From Eledone cirrhosa (taxonomy: Eukaryota), in NCBI GenBank assembly GCA_964016885.1, contig OZ024753.1:20832001-20896000 (forward strand): a stretch of 64,000 nucleotides of DNA. Direction: 5' to 3'. A model generated the notes under the pieces. That model had not been told where the DNA came from, did no database searches, and was given only the letters and a program-made list of their open reading frames with translations. Below are positions 41,881-51,828 of this stretch, one piece after another (position 1 is the first letter of the stretch; the number at the start of each line of letters is the position of its first letter). Made by a program: the position numbers and the translations under genes.

Positions 41881-43046
41881 GTTGAGTGGGATAGTGTTCT
41901 CTGTTGTTTTTTCTTGTTGTCGCGGTGGTGGTGGTTGTGTTGTTATTTGTGGTGTTGGTAAAAGTGGGTTTTTTTTTTGTCAATTGAGGACAGGCAGCCC
42001 TTAGGTGACCTCTGCTTGCACAGTGGTAACATACGGGCCGCCTACCCTCAACCGAAATGTTTATGTAGGTCTGTCCATCCAGAGGTACTCTCTGTGGGAT
42101 TTTCATTATACGTTCTGGGCTCATCTGCACCAGAATTTCGACGCTAGTCCCACTAAATATATCTCTGGAGGATTTTCCTACTGAGATCAAAGTCAATTAG
42201 GCCATAAAGTATCCACCAAATATCTACTTTGGGTCTTATACATGTCATTTTTATTTTTTGCGTTCTTTTTCCCATGTATGTAGGGAAAAATGTAAAATGG
42301 GTGGACACAATGGGCGCGATGGAATATTTTTGTGCTGTTATGTTGTTTCTCATAAGCACCGAGATGTTGCCGAAAAGTTTGGCTTTCTGAATAAATAAAA
42401 TGTTATCCATGTGGTTCCTTAATACTAGCTCAATCTCACTCTGAGATAGTTGAGATGGTTTTTTTTATGCATTTGAGATTGTCCTGAAAACCACCGTGTT
42501 CAGGGCATTTTCTCCCCTTAGTTCTTGTGGTGAATTTATGCTAAATGACCCATTGGGTCCAAAAGTCACATATTGTTTAGCTTCTTCCAACTTTTGTTTC
42601 GCGTTGGTTAAATCCAAAAGTTGAAATATTTCCTTTTTTTTTATGGTATCAGCAAAAGAAATTTTGCTGTTGTTGTCACTGTTGTTTGTATTTTCTTTGG
42701 TGTTTGTGTTGACATTTTTTTTCTTTTGATTGGTATTGTTGGATGTGTTTTCAATTTTTTCATTTTCTGTATTTTTTGGTGTCTGTTGTGGGCTGTTATT
42801 TTCATTTTTTGTTGTGTGAATTTCCATTTCTTTACGAAAGGAAGTGTTTACTACATATATATCTTTCTGTGTGTGAATACATGTGACGTTTGTGACGTCA
42901 GGCATGTTCAGTTGCTTACAAGCAGCTGAAGCTTGTTCCACTTCTAGATGTTGAGGCGATGATGTTGGCCTTTCTTTGTCCATGTCTGCTACTACCTGCT
43001 GGTCAAGTAGGCATGGCTTTCCCTTCCCATCTTCTTGTTTTGGCAA
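41880..43046 (-). pseudogene. LINE ORF1 (gag-like, CCHC zinc knuckle), fragmented
   Basis: ORFs 42465..43046, 42153..42410 and 41669..42196 are collinear; SFADTIK and VEGRRPVCYHC motifs. Confidence 0.8.
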
Positions 43047-43449
43047 AGAAGTAGGTGCTTCGGCTATTTAAAAAAAATGTACTGTTTTGCAAAAATATTT
43101 TGGATGTTTTTGCCCTGAGGGGCACGATATTTTGGAGGACTGACCAGATCAAAATTTGACCTGTCAGTCCCTCTACAAATTGGTATAAAATTAAAAGTTC
43201 GCAATGACGAATTTCTAAGGAAATTTAAACAAAACTTACCGAGCAAGTTTAACACATGTCCATCCCAGATAGATGATAGACAGACAAACAGACATTCTCT
43301 GTTTTAGTAATATAGATTATTATGAGTTGGTAGATCTAGTAAGTTCTTTGTTAACTTCAGCAGGAAGACTTTTAAAGATTCCTGGTTAACTTTCCTGGAG
43401 AACTTTCTCGCATTTGTCAGTGGCGATTGTCAAACTGAGATACACTTCT

Positions 43450-43888
43450 TTCACACTTACACCTCTCTAAGACAATGTCAATGGACCGAGATTTTTGGCG
43501 CTACTCAGTAATACAGAAGACCCGCCTTGCCTAAGTACAAAGCAAAACCTACAGTCAGTAGGCACCTCCTAACTACCCCTACTCCACCCCCCACACCTAT
43601 CAACACCACCCCTTTCTCTGTAAAGTTATGTTGGTACCACAACATCCAGTCCTAAATAAATGAGGTCGTGTAGGTGTCACAACAAAAAAAACACACGTGT
43701 AGGTAACACGGTAAAAACCTCCCAGTCCACACTGTAAACGTGGTTGATATTAGGAAGGGCATCCAGCCGTAGAAACCCGCCAGACAGTCCTATACGAGCA
43801 AGACAACCAATCTTGCCTCAAGTGGGACAATTCCCGTCTAAACCCATGCAAGCGTGGAAGATAGACGTTAAAAGATGATGATGATGAT
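43450..43888 (+). mobile_element. RTE LINE 3' end, same subfamily as 1-762
   Basis: aaacctacagtcagtaggcacctc matches the reverse complement of 257-280; (ATG)n tail. Confidence 0.85.
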
Positions 43889-44654
43889 ATATATATATAT
43901 GTGGGGGGAGGGGGTGTTTGTGTATGAATATGTGTATGTTTGTGTGCATGTGTGTCTATATATATGTCTGTGTGTATATATATATATATATATGTGTGTA
44001 TGTATGTGTGTGTGTGTGTGTATATGCACATACACACATGTATATATCTCATATCTACGCAACATCTACGAACATATATATATATACTGTTGCAGTTTCC
44101 ACTAGATTAATGTGCTCTATCAAGTGATATGCCTCCAATTAATGCTGCATGAAGCTATTAAGTAGCTTGCCTGAGATAACTTTTCAGCAGGTCTCAACCA
44201 GAAATTGCTTAGCTTAATGTGAAGTACTAACAGAGAATGTACAAAAACTGGTTACTACTGTAAAATAGAAATTGATGTCTTTTGTTGTCATTGATGTTGC
44301 TGAAGTTGTAGTATTAGTAAGAGGATTAGTAATGGGCTTTCTAGAAGTTTTTATTTTGCTCTTGTTGCTACTATTGTATGTTGTTGTTGTTGTCGTTGTC
44401 ATCGTCGTCGCTGTCCCCTCCTCCCTTCTTCTCCTCCTCCCCTTCTTACTATTGTATGTTGTTGTTCTTGTTGATTATATGAATGGTTTAAATCTGTGCT
44501 AACAACAATATCAACATATTCATTCTTCTTAATTCATGTATGTGTGTCTTTGTGTGTGTGTGTTTGTGTGTGTGTGTGTTTGTCTGTGTGTGTGTTTGTC
44601 TGTGTGTGTGTTTGTCTCTGTGTGTGTTTGTCTCTGTGTTTGTATATGTGTGTT

Positions 44655-44975
44655 AGGCGTTACAAGTATAGCTTAGTGGTTAAGAAGCTCGCTTTGCAAA
44701 TGTGAGGCTTCAGGTTCAATTCCATCTCTTGACCCAAGAGGGTCTGACTCCCTTAGAGTGTTAAGGAGGAATGAAGGACTGAAACACTTGATTGATGGGA
44801 GTTCTTGCTCTGAACATCCTCCTGATGTCTGCTTACCCCATGTGAGTTTTCACCTACAGAGTGCCCATGTCTGTGAAATGCTTGGACACTTATATGTTAA
44901 TTCAATAAGTTGAATGTTCAGAGAGAGAAATGATTGAATGTTCATCATTGAAATCAATGAAGGATCGATCATTGT
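44655..44975 (+). mobile_element. tRNA-derived SINE-like repeat
   Basis: agcttagtggttaagaagctcgctttgcaa...ggttcaattcc with A/B-box-like head. Confidence 0.55.
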
Positions 44976-44995
44976 TTTAATATACTTTATTTTTT

Positions 44996-45129
44996 ATTGT
45001 TTCTGAAGAAGAGAGCGAAATGGATGTGGGACATCAAGACCAATTAAATGGAGTTACATAACTGCTATCAATTAGTCGCTATTTTGATTATCAAGATCAA
45101 TCAACCTTCTGAAATGATTGTAAAACAAT
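44996..45129 (+). ncRNA. Candidate type I hammerhead ribozyme with 101-nt stem II region
   Basis: AUUGUUU-CUGAAGA-[AGAG...UUCU]-GAAA-UGAUUG-UA-AAACAAU; stem I is a perfect 7 bp. Confidence 0.72.
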
Positions 45130-45944
45130 TAACTGATTATATATAATTGTATTCCTATATTCCATAAACCAACCATCAACCTATATTCCTGTGATCACCA
45201 CCTGCCACTGGTATGGGGAAAACAAACGTTATTAAGCTGCAGTCATCATATTACATAGTTTTTGTATAATGAAATTTATTATCATCTGCGTGACTCCACC
45301 ACATTATGTAATAGGCTATGTTTTACTCTTTCTTTGCATTTCCCTGGCTATAAACCCCACAAAATGAACCACCAACATAAAATCTAAGCCCTAAAATCCA
45401 TATAACCAAACTGTAGAAAATTAAATATAGGTTTCCAAAATAAACATCAGCAGCCTATTAGGTATATTATTTATCACAGCAAGTGAATTGCATGCTGAAC
45501 AGTTTTTAATTCTTTATGAATACATAAAAATTATGCTGTTAGGAAAGAAAATCTTTGAAACTCTAAAAATTCTCATTTAAAGAAAATTAAAAAGCCACAC
45601 TATTTCAATGACAGGAAAGCCAAACTGACAAAATAAAAATTGTTGTATAACTTGTCTGTATGGAATTGGGGATTACTAAAATGTCTGACAAAGAGTGCAA
45701 TTTAAAATAGTTGCTCAAACAGCTTTTCAGTGCAGCACCAAATTAAGGGGGTCGGCTGCTTGGAGGTAATTCAGGCAGGACCAGAAGGGCCAGGCATCAT
45801 ATAAAATAGGGTTATACACATCTTTATAAGAACAATTGTATATTTACAAGCAAACATTTTATATCTAGATCAGTTTTATAGCTGATAACTTTGTTATAGT
45901 TGTTATATTTATATACTGGTGACTCGATATTGGTTTATATAAAA

Positions 45945-46192
45945 AGGTGGTGAATTGGCAGAGTCATCAGAATGTTGGATAAAGTGGTTTGTTGTATTCA
46001 TTCCATCTCTCTACTCTCTCAGTTCAAATTCCACTGGGGTCAACTTCACCTTTCATCCATTCATGATTGGTAAAAATAGTACCAGTGTACAAGGGTCAAC
46101 TCTTCCTCTATATCTTTCTCTCACTCTCTATTTTACTCTGGAAGAAATTGCTTCAGGCCTGGAGAGGAGATGGGCTCTGCCACGTATAAGAA
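45945..46192 (+). mobile_element. Old SINE family A copy
   Basis: ggtggtgaattggcagagtc...agttcaaattccactggggtcaacttcacctttcatcc. Confidence 0.7.
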
Positions 46193-46339
46193 TACTCTAA
46201 GAAATACTGTCAATATGGTACCCCTACAATTCCCACAGGAGTTACTGTAACATACAAACATGCTATATAATGGTTTATACATATTTTAGGAGAGTGTTAT
46301 CATTACTATCATTGTTATGATTGACATGCTTATTAAATA

Positions 46340-46620
46340 AGCTTAGTAGTTAGAGCATTGCACTTGCAATCGGGAGGTTGTGAGTTTGATTCTCAGACCA
46401 GGTGATGCCTTTTGTCCTTGAGCACTTTATTTCACATTGCTCCAGTTTACTCTGCTGTAGGAATGAGTTGCAATGTCACTGGGTCCAAACTTTATTGACC
46501 ATTGCCTTTCTCTTGGACAAAATCAGTGGAGATTAGTATGCATGGGCAACTGCTGGTCTTCCACAAACAACCTTGTCCAGGCTTGTGCCTCAGAATAGGT
46601 ATCCAGTTGTTAAATCAAAT
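46340..46620 (+). mobile_element. tRNA-derived SINE family B
   Basis: gcttagtagttagagcattg...gtgagtttgattc...tgtccttgagcactttatttcac. Confidence 0.7.
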
Positions 46621-46744
46621 GAGTTCCTAGTTCATTCAATTAGTGTGTAATAATCAAATTACACATCAAAATTTCAGCCACAACCTTCAAATTAATTCTG
46701 AGGGAGTTGTAGGGGCATACAGTGCTTCTTGGGTATTTTAAGCC

Positions 46745-46998
46745 TGGCAGAGACCATCCTTGTATAGGCTTGAATACAGATTTCTTCCAGAGAAGGATAG
46801 CGAGAGTGAGAGAAAGAAAGTGAGAAAGATATATAGAGTAAGAAGCAACCCCATTACTAGAGTGTTACTTATTTTATCAACCTCGAATGAATAAAGGCAA
46901 AGATGACCTCAGTGGGTTTTGAACTCAGAGAACAGAGAGCCAGAACAAATACCACAAAGCATTCTATCTGACATTCTAATGACTCTGCCAGTGAGGCA
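46745..46998 (-). mobile_element. Old SINE family A copy, inverted relative to 45945
   Basis: Reverse-complement similarity including the CT-rich tail. Confidence 0.7.
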
Positions 46999-47279
46999 TC
47001 TTTTAAATTTCTCATGAATCATTGTTGTTTAGATTTGTGATTTTCTAAGTCCTCCTCACCAACAATTCTTTGCATAACACAGTTGTCTGTCCTTTACCTG
47101 CTAAACTATAGTTCCATCTTAGTTAATAGTTAAAAGTGGATTTGAATGAAAAAACATTAGAAAAAGTGGTACAATCAATGTACAAAGCTGAATTTTCGGC
47201 TTTTAAATGTTGAATATATAAATATAAAGGATGATATGCTCAAGCACAGATGCTATAAAAATAGCTTATAAAATAGGGT

Positions 47280-47523
47280 GAAGCACCCAGCCCACACTGT
47301 AAAGTGATCGTGTAGGCGCCACGGAAAAAAAGCACCCAGCACTCACTGTAAATGAGGTTGGTGTTAGGAAGGGCATCCAGCTGTAGAAATCAATCCAGAT
47401 CATCTCCTGTATGAGCAAGACAAGGTCACCCGACCTGGCACTGCCAACAACAGGACAACTTGTCTAACCCATGATAGCGTGGAAGAATGGACATAAAACA
47501 GTGATGATGATGATGATGATGAT
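47280..47523 (+). mobile_element. RTE 3' UTR fragment with (ATG)n tail
   Basis: Reverse complement of 34971-35210. Confidence 0.85.
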
Positions 47524-48454
47524 ATATAAACTTTGGGAGGGTCATGTTGCCAATAAAAACACATGCACCTGTTGGTTTTCACTTCAATTTATTATAAATT
47601 TCCGGTTGGTTAGTTCAATAACTGGATGGTTGTTTATATATTGTCAAAGGTCTGGATGTTGTGTCAACACAAAAACAACGTTAACAAGACCGTTATTGTT
47701 CCAACCAGTCTATTCACCTTTTATACCATAAATATACACCTTCACTACACATATATAGAACACTCTATAGAACGAATGCAAGCAATCATCGAATGTCCTA
47801 TGTGTAAACAATGTACTCGGAAAATAGAGCCAACAATAAAGACAACATCCAGTAGACAAGACCATCGGATTCCAAACTTGTAAAAATTACATTCATAAAA
47901 ACTGAGCCAATCAGGAACTAAATGTTTATATTAGAGCTTAGTGTCTACTAACATTTGTTCAACAAGTACATAATTTGTTTATAGTTATAGCATACATCCA
48001 TACACTAGGAGTAGTTTAAAAGTATAGCAAAACAAGTAGTGTCTTCATCATCTTCCATTTCTGACTTTGTTGTGAGTACATATGTTGTTATCATGTCTGT
48101 GAAGAAATAGCAAACAACATTGACAATAGAACAGAGAAGTAAGATAGCACCTGGATATGGTATTTTGCCAGATATATCATATCAAGATTACAACAGTTTT
48201 ATCGATTGAATGACATAGAATTCTGTAAACATGTTATATTTCAGTATTTATGATCAAATCAGTTATCTGAACAAAATACTATTTCATTCAGACAATCTAG
48301 GTTTGATTGTAAGTAATATATTTTCAACAAGTTAACAAGAAACAACTGCCATGCCAATGTTGCTTTCATCTTTTTGCTTCAGGTATGATACACATAGCTT
48401 TCTATTGATATGATGAGTAAATATCTGTTTAAGTACATCAAGTACCTGTGATGA

Positions 48455-48712
48455 AATGTGGCTTACTGGTTACAGAATTGGATTCAGTCTTAAGTTGCGA
48501 GTTTGATTCCCAAACCAGGCGATATGTTATGTCCTTGAGCAAGACATTTTATTTCACATTGCTGTTTCTGTCAGGAGGTGCTTATCCCTGGTTTCATTGG
48601 TGTTGAGAGACTGTTTTGCTCAAGTACACATCACAACAGCCTGTCCAGGAATCAACTGATGACATTATGATTGTACGACTAGCATCCTAACCATTAGGTC
48701 ATGTGGCCTCAC
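48455..48712 (+). mobile_element. SINE family B derived sequence, possibly two fused fragments in opposite orientation
   Basis: tgtggcttactggttac...gagtttgattccc...gtccttgagcaagacattttatttcac. Confidence 0.55.
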
Positions 48713-48992
48713 TTGTCTGGAGTACTGTTATAATGTTTTGTTACTGCAGTCTTGCTGAAAGAAAACAGTTCTATATTTTACATCTTCAATTCTATTTAAA
48801 TATTCTTTTAGCATTCTAGTTTTATGAATTGCCACAACACATGTAACACCCTATTTCCAACATATTTATAGGGATGTCTATTAAGAACTAGACCATCTGT
48901 GACCCGTTGGGTCACGTTTCTATTCAAAATTAAGTTTTGAATATTTAAAATATACACAGATATGTATATAATATAACATGAAATTGGAAGGC

Positions 48993-49028
<36 letters not shown>

Positions 49029-49629
49029 TCAGAGAAAGCGTTAAGCTATACTCAACAAACATTAGGATATACCTTAGTATAATGCCAATTTTGTGTTTGG
49101 GGTGCTAACTATATGTATTTTGTGGAAAGCCAGTTGTATTATTTTAAATGAGATATAATTAAAATTAAAATATATCTCTCTTTCCAAACAATTGTTTCAT
49201 TATAAGTTTTCTACAAGTTGGGAGAATGTGTCCGGTTTATGTAGAAGTCCGCATATTTTTCTGTAAGAACATATGCAGGTGGGCACTTATAAATCATCAG
49301 TGGATGCCCGTCAAACTTTGATATAAGAAAAAATTCCTTACCGCAGTTAGTTTTCATGTCAGCTAAATAATGACCGCCAAATTTGAAATTCCAGCAGTCT
49401 CAGAATGAGGAATTTCACAGCGTCACGAAGCGGAAAAGGGAGGCAATCGCGAAACACAAGAAAGTAAAATAATTTACACGTGGGTTAATTAGTTTTTTCA
49501 ACAATTTCAACCCTGCGTGTTAAGAACTCAATTAGATTTTTTAAAAATAAATGTATGCATGTATTAATTATACACACATATAGATATTTTCTTAGGCTAA
49601 AAACAGAGATATGATACCAAAATAATAAT

Positions 49630-49736
49630 CAAATCCCGCCGAGGTTAACTTTGCCTTTCATCTTTACGGGGTCGATAAAATAAAGTACCAGTAATGTACT
49701 GGGTAATTGCTGGCCTTGTGCCTAAAGTAGAAACAA
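49630..49736 (+). mobile_element. 5'-truncated SINE family A
   Basis: Near-identical to 13244-13349. Confidence 0.85.
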
Positions 49737-49892
49737 TATTTCATAATAATAATAAATACGGAAAGTTACGCTTAAAAGGTATCTGGAAAAATATAAATCT
49801 CTGGCCAAATCAAGAGTAAAATATTCAATACATATATATATATATATATATGGGCCTTCCAGGTTCATATGAATTATCTAAGAATGAGCTTT

Positions 49893-49948
<56 letters not shown>

Positions 49949-50027
49949 TTGTATTTGGTTGTGCGTGTGTGTGATATATACGTATTTGTATGTGTATAAT
50001 TGTATGGCTATGTATGTATGTGTGTGT

Positions 50028-50116
<89 letters not shown>

Positions 50117-50812
50117 TATATGTGTGTGTGTATGTATATGTGTGTGTATATGTGTATATGTGTGTGTGTGTGTATGTATTTGTGTATGCGTATGTATGTG
50201 TTTATGTATTTGTATATGTATATTTATGTGTGAGAGTGTGTGTATGTATTTATTTTTACGTATGTATGTGTACGTGCATTTGTGTGTATTGCTTATCACG
50301 CGTGTTTTTTCATTTATTTGTTGCCTGCATCGCTGTCAACTTTTGTCTTTATTATTTTTTATATATATTTTTTTTAATATTTATTTGCGTGTGTGAATAT
50401 GTAGAGGTGTGTGTATATTTTTCTAATATTGTGCATGCATATGTATGCATGTATATATGTGTGTATGTATGTGTTTGTATGTACGTGTGTATATACGTAT
50501 TATTGTGTGTATGTATGTATGTATGTATATGTATGTGTGTATGGCTATGTATGTGAATGTGTATGCATATATATATATATATATATGTTTATATTTTTAT
50601 ATATATATATGTGTATATATATGTGTGTGGTTGTATATATGTATGTGTATGTATGGATATGTTGATATTTATGTGTGTATGTATGTGTATGTATATATAT
50701 ACACATATGTATGTGTATATGTGTGTGTGTATGTATGTGTGTATGTATATATATATATAAATATGTGTGTGTATGTATATAATCGTATGTGTGTGTGTTT
50801 GCATGTGTGTTT
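49893..50812. repeat. Long compound (TA)/(TG)/(TATG) microsatellite region
   Basis: Direct reading. Confidence 0.95.
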
Positions 50813-50912
50813 TTATTTTATTTTTCCTTTCCTTCTTCCTTCTCCAGCCTCACTTTCATATAGATTGCATTTTTGTTTTTTAAAATCCAATTCAATAAAT
50901 AGACCAGGATTT

Positions 50913-50972
50913 TTTCATTCTGATGATTGAAAGCAAAACTTTTTGCTTTTAAGAAACCACTGGTAAATGGAA
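50913..50972 (+). ncRNA. Type I hammerhead ribozyme with fully canonical core
   Basis: UUUCAUU-CUGAUGA-UUGAAAGCAAAA-CU-UUUUGCUUUUAA-GAAA-CCACUGG-UA-AAUGGAA; all three stems pair; predicted cleavage after A50965. Confidence 0.88.
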
Positions 50973-51080
50973 TAATTACCTTATTTGTTTATTACATGAC
51001 TATTAAGCTCTGTTACCTACATAGAGCACACTTTTTTCCTGGACTTTTCTGACGGAATTACTTCATTCACACACACACAC

Positions 51081-51112
<32 letters not shown>

Positions 51113-51215
51113 ACTAGGAATTGATCAACATATATATAAATAAATATAAACATGAAAAATCACAGGAGATAATTTTTACAAGCGTGTATACATATATATG
51201 TGTGTGTGTGTATAC

Positions 51216-51268
<53 letters not shown>

Positions 51269-51353
51269 CACAGAAGATAATTTTTACAAGCGTGTATACA
51301 TATATATGTGTGTGTGTGTATACATACATACATATATATATACATATATATAT

Positions 51354-51394
<41 letters not shown>

Positions 51395-51828
51395 TGTCTG
51401 TGGCCTATATACACCGGTCACAGACACACACACACACATAAATATATATATTCACACAAACACACTTAGAAACCCTTTCTATTTAGCAGGATACAGTAAT
51501 GCTGTATTCGTTTCTTTAAAGTCAGTGGTTATAATTTCATTCAACAACACCACCAGCTCTCTCTTTCTCTCTCTCTCTTTCAATCTACTCTCTCACAACC
51601 ACTATCTCTTTCTCTATATTCTTCTCTCTCTCTGTTTATGAAGGTACCCAGAAAACCCCATATCTCGGGAACCCGTGCAGCGATTTACGCGAAACTTGTT
51701 TCATCACATTTGTATTCGCATTTCAGGGTCAACTTCCTCTCAAAGTATTTTCCCATTATCTGCCCTTTTGGCTGTACTACATTACAGACAAGAAAGCAAT
51801 CACAGAGTTTTAGTAGTATATAGATATG

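Larger units (their letters stand above)
38343..43266 (-). mobile_element. Near full-length, inactivated L1/Tx1-type LINE (ORF1 plus APE-RT ORF2)
   Basis: ORF1 fragments with CYHCASRGHLRAAC knuckle; APE motifs GDWN, YLDRF, SDH; RT KSPGLDG, RPITLLN, QGYPLS, YAED; C-terminal CCHC. Confidence 0.93.
37749..43316 (-). mobile_element. Non-autonomous Helitron-like element (37749-38342 and 43267-43316) split by a Tx1-like LINE
   Basis: 5' end A|TCTATATTACTAAAAC followed by (TGTC)n on minus strand at 43316; 3' CTAG/hairpin near 37750 is degenerate. Confidence 0.45.
48888..51824 (-). mobile_element. Helitron-like non-autonomous element; ends are clear, continuity between them is inferred
   Basis: Minus-strand 3' end: perfect hairpin GTGACCC-AAC-GGGTCAC (48899-48915) then CTAG|T; 5' end A|TCTATATACTACTAAAAC at 51824. 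Confidence 0.55.

Noticed and set aside
44086-44186. Minus-strand CTGAAAA...GAAA-CTGCAACAG
   Set aside because: G8 and U16.1 both deviate without compensation; at best a dead copy
44655-44725. tRNA-like sequence
   Set aside because: Cloverleaf incomplete; SINE head rather than a tRNA gene
51161-51370. ~108-bp two-copy duplication
   Set aside because: Microsatellite-mediated local duplication with no further structure
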